Source of the DNA: Planctomycetota bacterium
Lineage (GTDB): Bacteria; Planctomycetota; UBA8108; SXIK01
Length of the DNA: 64,000 nucleotides
NCBI GenBank assembly: GCA_965223265.1
Contig: OZ244999.1
Span: 3,808,001 to 3,872,000 of the forward strand
Reading direction: 5' to 3'
Below are positions 10,806 through 20,323 of the stretch, piece by piece. A program made the translations under genes and the position numbers. The notes under the pieces were generated by a model. The model had not been told where the DNA came from and searched no databases. It saw only the letters and a program-made list of their open reading frames with translations. Position 1 is the first letter of the stretch; every line of letters starts with the position of its first letter.

Positions 10806-12424
10806 TTGGAACCCTCTTCGGACTCAGCGGCGCCTTCGTCCTGCTCACGCTCGAGGATCACCGTAACCTCGAATTCGTTTCTCACGTTGCCGTTCTGCAG
10901 CGACAACCCCAGAAACAGGACTCCGGTGCCTTGCGCAACACCGTCGAACTCGGAACCGACGAGAAACGGCTTTCCGTCCTTGCCGATCTTCGCAACCAAG
11001 GCGCCGACAGGAAAGTCGTCGAGCTGATTCCCAGAGACGTTGCTCGTGCCTTCTGGCCCGGTACTGACGTTGTAGTTCTGCAGCTGAATTGAGCCAGTCG
11101 CGGAGATCTTGAGCGGCACGCCCTGCGTCAACTGGATCTCCGTCTTGATCCACTTCTTGTTACCCGCAAACGCCTGCTGCCCACCGACCTTGATCACGGT
11201 GACGTCGTGCGGGGAGTCCTGCATAACGACGCTCAGAATTTTTTCGCGCTGTAGGGTCAACTCGCCATAGGCTGTCTTGACGAGAAAGCTGTCCTTCTGA
11301 ATCGTCCCAAACGCAGTGAAGCGCCTGGTCACAACCTCATCCTCCGTGCCCTTCAAGACGACCAAGTGAGGCTCCTTCTCGTCGTCTTCATCGTCGAGCT
11401 CTTCCTCGAGCTCATTGACAATTTTCTCGGCACGCTTTTTCACCTCGAGGTCTTCGGACTTGGTTGCCTCTTTGGCTGCGTCGAGTGCCGGAGCGCCGAT
11501 CGCAACGAGCGCCTCGCTCGCCTCCTCCCGCAGGTCGAATTCGTCGCTGCCGAGATTCGCGACCAGCCGCGCCACGCGCTCCTCAAGTTCAGGGTTCGGA
11601 GGCGGCGCGAAGCGTAGGCGGACGATTTCAGACGCCGGCACGTCGAGCTCACCGTATGCCGTCTTCACCGTCAGTCGCTCAAAATCGATCTTTCCTGCGA
11701 TGCGTGATCCATCGAACATGCGGAACATGGGCGGAGGTTTCGGACGCTGTCGCTTTCGCCGCGGTCGCTCCTCTTCTTCTTCCGCCTCATCGTCTTCGCC
11801 ATTCTCGGAGCTCTCGGCCACTTGTGACTCCACAACGACTTCGGCTGCCGCAGCCTGAGCCGTTGCGGCGACGCGAGCCCGCACCGCTGCCTCCTTCTTT
11901 GCGGCCTTCTTCTTTGCCTTGGCCTTGGCCTCTTCCTTGGCCTTGGCCTCTTCGTTTGCCTTGGCCTTGTCGTCCTCCTTAGCAGTGTTGGCGGATTTCG
12001 TCGCCTTTGTTTTCGCTTCCTTCTTCGTGTCAGAGTCGGAATCGGAGTCAGAGTCGGAGTCGGCATCAGAGTCAGAGTCAGAGTCCGAGTCGGAGTCGGA
12101 GTCGGAGTCAGAGTCAGAGTCGGAGTCAGAGTCGGAGTCAGAGTCGGAGTCAGAGTCGGAGTCAGAGTCGGAGTCAGAGTCGGAGTCAGAATCCTCTTCC
12201 TCCTCGAGTTCTTCGTCCTCGAGCTCCTCGTCGTCGTCCTCGAGCTCCTCGTCGTCATCCTCGAGCTCTTCGTCGTCGTCCTCGAGCTCCTCGTCGTCGA
12301 CCGCCGCTGCGGGAACAGGCTCCACCGCCCTCAGCGTCACCATCCACACTCCCGGACTCCAAAAGGCGAGCAGGAGCGCAGTGAGGAGACCCAACACCGT
12401 TTTGGACACGCGATTCATCGTCAT
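10802..12424 (-). CDS. Exported low-complexity protein: acidic repeats, (DS)n tract, Lys/Ala block, HEAT-like insert, C-terminal LecA/PA-IL-like domain
   Basis: Signal peptide; 4-nt overlaps with both neighbours; duplicated VKTAYGEL module; LGSDEFDLREEASEALVAIGAPAL HEAT-like repeat. Confidence 0.8.
   Translation of the reverse strand: MTMNRVSKTVLGLLTALLLAFWSPGVWMVTLRAVEPVPAAAVDDEELEDDDEELEDDDEELEDDDEELEDEELEEEEDSDSDSDSDSDSDSDSDSDSDSDSDSDSDSDSDSDSDSDSDSDADSDSDSDSDSDTKKEAKTKATKSANTAKEDDKAKANEEAKAKEEAKAKAKKKAAKKEAAVRARVAATAQAAAAEVVVESQVAESSENGEDDEAEEEEERPRRKRQRPKPPPMFRMFDGSRIAGKIDFERLTVKTAYGELDVPASEIVRLRFAPPPNPELEERVARLVANLGSDEFDLREEASEALVAIGAPALDAAKEATKSEDLEVKKRAEKIVNELEEELDDEDDEKEPHLVVLKGTEDEVVTRRFTAFGTIQKDSFLVKTAYGELTLQREKILSVVMQDSPHDVTVIKVGGQQAFAGNKKWIKTEIQLTQGVPLKISATGSIQLQNYNVSTGPEGTSNVSGNQLDDFPVGALVAKIGKDGKPFLVGSEFDGVAQGTGVLFLGLSLQNGNVRNEFEVTVILEREQDEGAAESEEGSK
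12029..12193 (-). repeat. Hexanucleotide tandem repeat encoding 55 aa of alternating Asp-Ser (one Ala)
   Basis: (GAGTCA/GAGTCG)n on the + strand, 165 bp. Confidence 0.97.
12194..12299 (-). repeat. 21-bp tandem repeat encoding EELEDDD
   Basis: Repeated CTCGAGCTCCTCGTCGTCGTC-like units, about 4-5 copies. Confidence 0.9.
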
Positions 12425-15400
12425 TCCTCCTGACCGTTGATCTCAGGCTCAACCTGCGGCGAGTCGCCATCGGCGGCGTCTGCATCCACTTCGTTTGAGT
12501 CGTCTTCTATCGCCGCGCCTTGCGCCTCAAACCATCCGAATCCATCGGTGTTACCGAGACCGACGCCGCTGGTCAGAAGACTCAGCCGTGGCGGCAGTTC
12601 GCGCCCCTTGCCCCGAATCTCCCGTCGTACGATCTCCGCAACGTTCGGCGCGGCGTCGCCGGAGTCGCCGGCGGCCACGCGCACACACACGCTCGACCAC
12701 TTGTCGCCGCCTTCTTGGCGGTTGTAGGCCAATAGAAACGCCCCGTCGATTCCCTGCAGCGGCGGACCCGCGTAGATCACTCTGCCCGTGGCGATCTGCT
12801 TCTCCCACACCTTGCTCCAATCGGCGCCGACCCGCACCAGCCAAAGGTCATTTCCTCGGATAGCACCAGCCAAACCGTCGGGGCGATTCAGATCAGCGTC
12901 GCCGATGGCGATCAACGTTCGCCCGCGACGAGCACCGGCCGATTCGGTCGAGGGATCGAGAATCGCGTCGACAACGATGGTTCTCTCCGGCATCTCGACT
13001 TCTTGAACGACGCGACCGCTGCGCACGCTCCGGGCGCGGAGCGCCGACCGCTCGCTCGCCCAGAGAACGCCAGATTCGGTCGTGAGGATCTTCGCGGTGG
13101 TGCGCTGAGCACGCCAAAGCGGCCGTCCGGAAATCGTTTCGTAAACAGCCAGCCCACGGCGCCCAAACGCGGTCAACAGTCCGCCAGCAAACACATGCGC
13201 TTCAGGGTGGTAGCTACGAAAGCCGGGGACGAAAAACTCGCGTCTTCCTTGGAGCCAAGGTCGCCGGGGAACAAGCGTCACCCCACACGGCGAGCGCGAG
13301 CAAATTCGAATCCAATGCGGGCGCGCGCCAATCCCAGAGCACGTCGTGCCGCGGATCTGCGTCTCGAGCATGAGCTTGCCACTGTTGCGCTCGATTTGTC
13401 GCAATCCACCCGTGGGAAGAGCGACGATCGGGTTGCCGTGAAGTTCGGCGCACTCAGGAAATGAATTGCGGTCGGTCTGCAGCCGGATGCCGCCCCAATG
13501 ACGACGGCCCATATTCTTCTGAGCCAGTGGATGCTCGTAGGAGTGATGCCACTTGAGAAACAGGCGTTTGAAACGCGCGTCGCTCCTCTCGCGAGCCACT
13601 TCCTCCGCAGTGCCCGCCTGCCGCTGAACATCGTCACGCGCGCTACTGTCCCCCGGTCGAAACTCATAACAGTACAGACCCGCCGGAGTGAACAGTACGA
13701 GACGCTGATCGTCCAGGTGATACAAGGCCGGCTCTTCATGCTCGGAGCGTAGTTGCAGTTTCACCTTGGCGACGTCTGGATAGTCCAGCAGTTCAGATTC
13801 GAAAAGAACCTCACCGGCAAGATCTCGGATGCGAAGAAGGTTGTTGGAGATGACGATCAGAGCGGCACTCGGTTGCGACCCCGGTGCGGACGCAACGAGA
13901 AAGCCATCCTCAAAATCGCTCCAAAACGCTTCACGCAGCATCGCCGTCTCGAGGAGAACCTGCGGCAGCGCACTCGCCGGTCGCCCCTCCGGTTTCGTCT
14001 GGGCCACAAGCTCTGCGCGGCGCTCCTCAACGCTCGGCTCGTCCACGAGCTCAGGCACGTCACTAACAAGAAGGTCCAACAATTCGAGGCCACCCTCCGC
14101 GTCTCCTGCCGCAGTTGCTTTTTGCACCAGGTGCGCACCGGCCTCGGCCGCCATGCCGAGGTGAGTCAGGCGCAAGAAAGCATGCGAGAGCGTCGCGTCG
14201 TTGCGAACAGACACCGCGCGCGCGTGCAGCTTCTCCTCCGCCTCCACGTCGAATGCCAGACTCCACTGCTCGTCCTCACGGCAAAGGTCGCGCAGACGCT
14301 CGCTGGCGTACGCTGCGATGTCCACGTCGAGCCCCTCCGGCGACTTACCGATGACACCGTCGAGCCGCGACAAACTCGCCAAGCCGTCAACCACACGCCG
14401 ACGCGACGCTTCGTCCGAAGCATCGCCTTCCAGTAGGTTCGCCTCAAGAAGCTGTAGCGAGTACAAAGTCTCTGGCTCGTCGACAAGAGCGCGGTGCTTC
14501 GCCAAGAAATTCGACAGCAGTTTTGTTTCGCCTGCTTCGGCAGCCTCACGTACAACGCTCAGCACCTCTTTCTTCACCCGCTCGCGCACGCTCTCGGACT
14601 CGGTGCGAGCCAGCAGCTCGTAGTAGATGTCGAGTGCCGCCGAATAGTTTTGCTCAGCGCGATACAGAAGCGCTTTGCGCAGTGGCGCCTGTCGTCGGCT
14701 CTCGGCGAGATTCGTCCACGCTGCCGATTGAGGCTCGAGACTCACCACGGTTTCCGGCAGAGCGAGAATCCAACGGCCACGATGCGGAATCACGCGGCGA
14801 ATTCGACGTCGTTTGATGCGCTCGTCGAGGAGGGTGATCGAGCTGGTGACTTTCGCCGTGGAGGAGTCGACGACGACGAGCTTACCACCGTCAAGCGGTA
14901 GAATGACGCGGTCATCAGTGACGACGCCCCAGCGCTGGGGAACCTGCAGCTCTTCCTCGTAAGGCAGCCGCGAATCCTCGCCGCTCGTCAGATCGACCAC
15001 CTTGAGTTCGCTCGCGGCAGCCATCAGCAATCGCGTCCCCTGGGCGCCTAGCACGCGCACGCTTCGATCGTCGAATTCCTTCTCCCACAGGACCGCGCCA
15101 GTGCTCACATCGAACGCCGTAAGGTAGTCGCTATCCTGCGGTGCGACGACCACCAAAGGTCGATCGTTGACCTCCGCGATGATCGGGGCGGTTCGCCGCC
15201 AGCCACGGCCTCGCCGCCGGCCGCGCACGCTTGAGCGATAGTGGGACGCCCAGAGGATTTCTCCGGTGCTCGCCTCGAGAGCGGCCACGACGCCGTGGCT
15301 GGCCTCAACGATCATCACCCCGTCGCGGGACGCCATCGGCATGTCGACGAACGACGTGCCTCGCCGCGCGAGATCCATACTGTAGAGTCGACGAAACCAG

Positions 15401-16998
15401 AGGAGCTCCCCGGCCGTAGAAATACCGACCGCGGCAATCTGCTTGGCGACCACGACAACCGCGCCGAGACCCGCGCTCGTGACGACTGGCGCGCCGAGAA
15501 AAGTGAATTCGGGCAGGCCGCGGTGCGCGCCTTCTTCGCCGCTGACGTCCCACAGCCTTTTCCCGCTGTCGACGCGCAAAGCGACGAGACGATTGGGAGT
15601 AAGCTTCACCCTCCCATTGTTGTCGCGCTGCGATGAACTGAAATGGTCCACGGTGACGACAACTGGAACCGAGTCGCTGCCATCGCCGTCATCCTTGTGA
15701 CCCGAAACGCTCGGCGTGACAAGCGTCATCGAACCGTCGACTGCGCGGCGGCCACCGCTCGACGAGGCGACCTGGGCTTCCCAAACCCGCGCGCCACTTG
15801 CGGCATCCACCGCGACCACGGGTGGGGAGGAACCTTCTCGACTACGGATCACGACCAATCCCTTCCACGCCAGCACCGAAGGCGCGCGGGCGCCGCGATT
15901 CGGGTCCGCCAAGCCGCCGAAAATCCACTCAGCCCGACTGCCCAGTTCCGGCACTTCGCTTGCAGGGAGACGAAATGGTCGCCGGTCGAACGTCGCCAGC
16001 GCGGTGGGCCAAACATCAAGACTCGCCTCGCAGCTCACCGCCGCGGCCTGCAGGCGATCACGCTGCGCGAGAAAGAGAGGATGTTCGGCTAGCGCATGTC
16101 CACTCGTTGCCTTGCCGCCGACGATGACAACGTCATCGGCGTGACGACCTGCGATCTCGTCGAGCAAAAACGCCGTGCGGCGCTCGTTTCCAGCGAGCGC
16201 GTGAGCCATGGCGGCCTGCGCCAAGACCTCGGCGCGCTCGGGATCGCCGGTCTCGAAGGGCAAAAGAAGCCGCAGTTGAAAGGCTTCAGCTGCGTCCGCG
16301 GCGCGGCCACGGTCGAGCTCTCGAAGCCCCAATTGATGCCATGCGCGCGCCCCCTCGCGCGTCAGCGGGAACTGAGTCCCGATGAGTTTCAACCGCTGCC
16401 TCGCCTGACGTCCGCTGAGTCGCGGCACCGACTGGAGGAGCTCACTCGCGGCGGCTTCGTGCGTGCGACGATAAAGCGCCCGCGCTGCTTCGGGAAGCTG
16501 CGCCAGCTCGCGGACGAACGCTACCAGTAGCGGTTGGAAATAACGTCCGTCGAGGGAGGTCACGATCTCGGCAAGAACGACGTCCGCGAGAGACTCGTCG
16601 TCTACCGCGGCGGCGTCATCGTCGGGTGTAGCTTCTTCTCCCTCGCCGTCCGCTTCGGAGGGCTCACGCCGGACGCGGACACCGCCGCGCGCCAATTCGC
16701 CGCCAAGCTCGGCGTACAGATCGAGAGCTGCGCTCCAGTCCTCGCTGCCGACCAACTCTCGTGCGCGACGGAGGAGCCCTTCAGCCGTTTCATCGATGAA
16801 CAGGCGACCGTCGCCGTCCAACTCGGAAGTGGGCTCCACTGGCCTCGGTGCCGCGGCAACCACGACTTGAGCGTCCAGCGCCACCGGGCGGGAACATAAG
16901 AAACATAAGAGTGTCAGCGCAACGGCACGCACGCCGAACGGCGGCGACACGCGCGCTCGAAGACGGAAGCGACAACGACGCAATCTAAGAACTCCCAC
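12421..16998 (-). CDS. Large exported PQQ-like (BamB-type) beta-propeller protein with TPR-like helical segments
   Basis: 1525 aa, signal peptide, many A-x-D-x-x-[ST]G-x-x-x-W repeats (AVDAASGARVW, ALEASTGEILW, AFDVSTGAVLW). Confidence 0.85.
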   Translation of the reverse strand: MGVLRLRRCRFRLRARVSPPFGVRAVALTLLCFLCSRPVALDAQVVVAAAPRPVEPTSELDGDGRLFIDETAEGLLRRARELVGSEDWSAALDLYAELGGELARGGVRVRREPSEADGEGEEATPDDDAAAVDDESLADVVLAEIVTSLDGRYFQPLLVAFVRELAQLPEAARALYRRTHEAAASELLQSVPRLSGRQARQRLKLIGTQFPLTREGARAWHQLGLRELDRGRAADAAEAFQLRLLLPFETGDPERAEVLAQAAMAHALAGNERRTAFLLDEIAGRHADDVVIVGGKATSGHALAEHPLFLAQRDRLQAAAVSCEASLDVWPTALATFDRRPFRLPASEVPELGSRAEWIFGGLADPNRGARAPSVLAWKGLVVIRSREGSSPPVVAVDAASGARVWEAQVASSSGGRRAVDGSMTLVTPSVSGHKDDGDGSDSVPVVVTVDHFSSSQRDNNGRVKLTPNRLVALRVDSGKRLWDVSGEEGAHRGLPEFTFLGAPVVTSAGLGAVVVVAKQIAAVGISTAGELLWFRRLYSMDLARRGTSFVDMPMASRDGVMIVEASHGVVAALEASTGEILWASHYRSSVRGRRRGRGWRRTAPIIAEVNDRPLVVVAPQDSDYLTAFDVSTGAVLWEKEFDDRSVRVLGAQGTRLLMAAASELKVVDLTSGEDSRLPYEEELQVPQRWGVVTDDRVILPLDGGKLVVVDSSTAKVTSSITLLDERIKRRRIRRVIPHRGRWILALPETVVSLEPQSAAWTNLAESRRQAPLRKALLYRAEQNYSAALDIYYELLARTESESVRERVKKEVLSVVREAAEAGETKLLSNFLAKHRALVDEPETLYSLQLLEANLLEGDASDEASRRRVVDGLASLSRLDGVIGKSPEGLDVDIAAYASERLRDLCREDEQWSLAFDVEAEEKLHARAVSVRNDATLSHAFLRLTHLGMAAEAGAHLVQKATAAGDAEGGLELLDLLVSDVPELVDEPSVEERRAELVAQTKPEGRPASALPQVLLETAMLREAFWSDFEDGFLVASAPGSQPSAALIVISNNLLRIRDLAGEVLFESELLDYPDVAKVKLQLRSEHEEPALYHLDDQRLVLFTPAGLYCYEFRPGDSSARDDVQRQAGTAEEVARERSDARFKRLFLKWHHSYEHPLAQKNMGRRHWGGIRLQTDRNSFPECAELHGNPIVALPTGGLRQIERNSGKLMLETQIRGTTCSGIGARPHWIRICSRSPCGVTLVPRRPWLQGRREFFVPGFRSYHPEAHVFAGGLLTAFGRRGLAVYETISGRPLWRAQRTTAKILTTESGVLWASERSALRARSVRSGRVVQEVEMPERTIVVDAILDPSTESAGARRGRTLIAIGDADLNRPDGLAGAIRGNDLWLVRVGADWSKVWEKQIATGRVIYAGPPLQGIDGAFLLAYNRQEGGDKWSSVCVRVAAGDSGDAAPNVAEIVRREIRGKGRELPPRLSLLTSGVGLGNTDGFGWFEAQGAAIEDDSNEVDADAADGDSPQVEPEINGQEE

Positions 16999-17142
16999 GC
17001 AAGACCTCGCCCACCAAGGGTCTTTTGTCTGACTCGGCGCGGCGGACGTTCGGGCGTCGAAGGCAACTGCTCTTGAAGTCGCCTGAGCCGACTCACAGCG
17101 TCGATCCGCTCCTTATCGTCTTATCGGTCCCGTTGACTCTGT

Positions 17143-17172
17143 ATCTTAGGGGGAGTCGGTAGCGATCCGCAA
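17143..17172 (-). promoter_or_regulatory. Putative sigma70-type promoter for the MoxR-vWA operon
   Basis: Minus strand TTGCGG-N18-TAAGAT with a T-tract upstream, about 145 bp before the first gene. Confidence 0.35.
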
Positions 17173-17270
17173 AAAAAGTTGACATTTTCGGTGCATCCGT
17201 GGCGCAGGCATGCTGCGGCCGCCGCGCGGCATGCCTCAGTCAAGGGGTAACAGATGGTAGAAACGACTGG

Positions 17271-17355
17271 CAGCCCGTCGAAAACGTCGTTCGGTCGAGA
17301 AACGAGCCGCGTCACGCCCGGCTCGGCCGCGTCAAGACGCAAAGATCTCAGAGAT
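17271..17355 (+). mobile_element. Degenerate left half of palindromic MITE
   Basis: CAGCCCGTCGAAAACGTCGTTCGGTCGAGAAAC... aligns by eye with the copy at 26107. Confidence 0.7.
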
Positions 17356-17474
17356 CTCTGAGAATACGCACTCGAGCTACGCGGCGCGGAATGTTGGGTA
17401 TCGCGCCAGTCCTGTCGCCCGCGGTTGCAGATCATTCACGCTGCTGGTGTCGCCGTCCGCTCGCGAAGCCGCCG

Positions 17475-18215
17475 TCACGGTCCCCAGGGCCGAAAATAAC
17501 TCCACAGCGCAGCCACCAGCGAGACAGCGACAAGGCCTGCACAAGCATGACCTGGCCAACGCCAGAGCTGCGCCTGCTGGCTGGAGGTGTAGTCGCCACT
17601 TCGCCACCCAAACAGCACCCCGACGATGAACCCGCCGAGATGCGCGAAGTGGTCAATCCGAGGCATCAGAACGCTGATCATGACGAGCCAGATCACCATC
17701 CGCTGAGCGGCGGCGCGGTCGGTTGGATCCTGCGTGCGAAGCCGGCGGATGAACAGAAAACCAACCAAGCCACAGAGGGCGCCGGAGGCGCCGACACTGA
17801 TGCTGAATGGACGCCACAAACCGGCCATACGCACCGACAACGAGAGCAGGCTGCCGCCCAATGCGGAGCAGACGTACAGGGTCACAAAGCGCCACACGGA
17901 ATACTTGGTCTCAAACTGCCGCCCGGCATCCAGGAGGAACATGCCATTGAAGAAGATGTGAAGAAGGTTCCCGTGCAGAAAAGCAGCGGAAAGGAGACGC
18001 CACAGCTCGCCGTCTCGGACGGCCGGAACATAGAGTGCCCCAAGCCGTCGGAGTAAGTCGCCCCGAACGTCGAGCAGCGGACCGAGGCTGCCGTCGATCT
18101 CCTGCCGCGCCAACTTGATGGCACCTATGACCGACAACGCGAAGAACGCCAGGTTGACGAGGAGAAGAAGGGACGTCGCCGGGTAGAGCTCGTGAAAACT
18201 GCGGTCGCGGCTCAT
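17475..18215 (-). CDS. Rhomboid-family intramembrane serine protease
   Basis: WRLLSAAFLHGNLLHIFFNG, catalytic VGASGA, IDHFAHLGG. Start set at MSRDRS. Confidence 0.93.
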   Translation of the reverse strand: MSRDRSFHELYPATSLLLLVNLAFFALSVIGAIKLARQEIDGSLGPLLDVRGDLLRRLGALYVPAVRDGELWRLLSAAFLHGNLLHIFFNGMFLLDAGRQFETKYSVWRFVTLYVCSALGGSLLSLSVRMAGLWRPFSISVGASGALCGLVGFLFIRRLRTQDPTDRAAAQRMVIWLVMISVLMPRIDHFAHLGGFIVGVLFGWRSGDYTSSQQAQLWRWPGHACAGLVAVSLVAALWSYFRPWGP

Positions 18216-18443
18216 GTGGGAATCAATTCGAGGGTGACTTCGCTTTGGTCGAAGCTCTTGCAGAGCCTCGCAGTCAAACGCCTTCGTTGTCGGTCGTGAA
18301 GTCGCGACGAACGATCGGGACACCGACCACCAACGCCAAACGAACGGCGTGATCATAAAAGACTTTCGTGATCAAGAGCAACCCAATGAGACAGGGAACA
18401 GAATTACGTTGACGCCCCTTCTCGCGGTCGCGATGGTGAGTCC

Positions 18444-19592
18444 ATGCTCGGTGCAGTGACTGCAACTGATCTTGACCCCGTGCTCCGCGGCGTCAGTAGG
18501 AGTATTTACCTCACGCTCCAAGTGGCGCCGCGTCGCATGCGCCCGGTTCTCGGCGTCGCCTATCTCTTCTGCCGTGCGGCAGACACGATTGCCGACACAC
18601 AGCTGTTACCCGCACCCGAGCGTCTGACGCGCCTCGAGGATTTTCGCCGTCAGTTCGTCGCACCGGATCCCGACTTCGACGCGATTGCCGCCATCTCCGA
18701 GCAAATCGCGGGACCGCAGCAGATCCCAGCGGAACGAGATCTTCTGCTGCGGCTCGGCGACTGCTTTTGTGAGTACCTCCGTTTCGATCGGCGCGACCGC
18801 GGCCTCATCCGCGACCTCGTCACGACGCTGACGCGCGGCATGGAGCTCGACCTCCGCTACTTCCCCGGAGAAGAGAGTGGCGAGCTCAGGGCGCTTGCCA
18901 CCGACGGGGATCTTGATCTCTACACCTTTTACGTTGCCGGTTGCGTCGGAGAGTTTTGGACGCATCTCCAGGTGCTCCACGTCGGAGCTCTGCGGCACTG
19001 GAACGTCTCCGATCGGGCGGAGCAAGGGATCAGATTCGGCAAAGGGCTGCAGCTCACGAATATCTTGCGCGACTTTGACCAAGACATAGGACGTGGCCGC
19101 TGCTACCTGCCGCAGACCGCGTTGGTTCAGGCGGGCGTCGAGTTGGAGGAGCTGCGCGCCGCGGCGCCGAGGCAAAAGCTGCTGCCCATCCTGCGTTTTT
19201 ACCTTGAGCGCACGCTGGCTCACTACGCCAGCGGCTGGCTCTATGTTCGCGCCATTCCGCGTCGTTGCGCGCGGCTGCGCTTGGCGTGCGCATGGCCGCT
19301 TCTCATCGGGCTGCGGACGCTCGAAGAACTCGCCGTCAGCCACGAACCGTTTGCGCCCGGACGAGTCCACAAGATTGATCGTGACGAAGTCAAACGTCTC
19401 ATTGTCGGATCGAGCTGCCGCGTCGCATCAGATCGCGCCCTGGATCGCGTCTATCGCCGCCTCGAAGCAAGAGCGCGTGGCGCGGTCGATCGACTCCCGG
19501 CGGCACCACGCTTCGCCATGGCACCAGTATGGGAAGACACGGGCCGGACACCAGATATCGCGCGAACACCGACTCACACAGCGACGTCTTGA
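18444..19592 (+). CDS. Squalene/phytoene synthase family (head-to-head prenyl synthase)
   Basis: YLFCRAADTIAD, YTFYVAGCVG, GLQLTNILRD..D..GRCYLP. Confidence 0.92.
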   Translation: MLGAVTATDLDPVLRGVSRSIYLTLQVAPRRMRPVLGVAYLFCRAADTIADTQLLPAPERLTRLEDFRRQFVAPDPDFDAIAAISEQIAGPQQIPAERDLLLRLGDCFCEYLRFDRRDRGLIRDLVTTLTRGMELDLRYFPGEESGELRALATDGDLDLYTFYVAGCVGEFWTHLQVLHVGALRHWNVSDRAEQGIRFGKGLQLTNILRDFDQDIGRGRCYLPQTALVQAGVELEELRAAAPRQKLLPILRFYLERTLAHYASGWLYVRAIPRRCARLRLACAWPLLIGLRTLEELAVSHEPFAPGRVHKIDRDEVKRLIVGSSCRVASDRALDRVYRRLEARARGAVDRLPAAPRFAMAPVWEDTGRTPDIARTPTHTATS

Positions 19593-19855
19593 CGCGTGGG
19601 TCGAAACGGCACGCCGAGGTCCCTGAAGCCAAGTTGAAATCAATCGGGAAGTACTTCCACGTTTCTCGGCGTCTCGATAAGATAGATCTTTCGAGTTGAC
19701 GCCTCACGCGACGATGCCTGCATCGGCTCGCCGCCCGAGAAGACTCCTGTGGTTTCGACACCGCTGACGCTGAATCCTTGCACAGCGGCGCAGGAGCGTC
19801 GAGAAAATCACACCGGTCGAAAAAACTCAACTGCCAGCCAATTGGAGCGATCAGT

Positions 19856-20323
19856 ATGGTCTCGCGAGTGGAGCGATTTTGGCTCAGCTTCTTGTTGCGG
19901 TTCGCCTTCGGCTTTCTCTTCCTCATCGCATCGATCAATATTTTCAACTACGGCTATGAGAAATTCGCGGCCGACATGATCACCCCGTTTCAAAGCACAT
20001 GGGTCTGGGGGCTGCAAGGCGATACGACCATTGTGGAACAAGGGTTGACGGGATTCCTCAAGGCGATGCCGTTCGTCATGGCTGCGTTGTCGGTGCCGAT
20101 TCTCACAGGCATCTTCTACAAACCCGCTCTCCGTTTCGGCGCGTTGTTTCTCATTTGCTTAGGTCTCGGCAAGTACCTGCAAAATGACATCGCAACCACC
20201 GCGCAAGACTTCTTGCTGGCGTTCTTGATCCTTATCGGCCTCTTCCTCGTCGGCCGCAAGGACGACGCCGCGGTCGAATACGGTGAGTCACCGACTGGCC
20301 TGAGCTCCTCTGTTGAGTCGTGA
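19856..20323 (+). CDS. DoxX-like four-helix membrane protein
   Basis: GGAG RBS before ATG 19856; LLRFAFGFLFL motif; four hydrophobic segments; GTGA overlap with apbE. Confidence 0.7.
   Translation: MVSRVERFWLSFLLRFAFGFLFLIASINIFNYGYEKFAADMITPFQSTWVWGLQGDTTIVEQGLTGFLKAMPFVMAALSVPILTGIFYKPALRFGALFLICLGLGKYLQNDIATTAQDFLLAFLILIGLFLVGRKDDAAVEYGESPTGLSSSVES

Noticed and set aside
12029-12299. CRISPR array
   Set aside because: Short in-frame coding tandem repeats with no unique spacers; no cas genes in the window.
9693-19592. Hopanoid/terpene biosynthetic gene cluster (squalene synthase plus cyclase)
   Set aside because: The barrel protein is single-domain, apparently exported, lacks DxDD and belongs to the MoxR operon; no other hpn genes are present.
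19600-19720. Additional decayed MITE copy
   Set aside because: Only short patchy similarity and no terminal inverted repeat.
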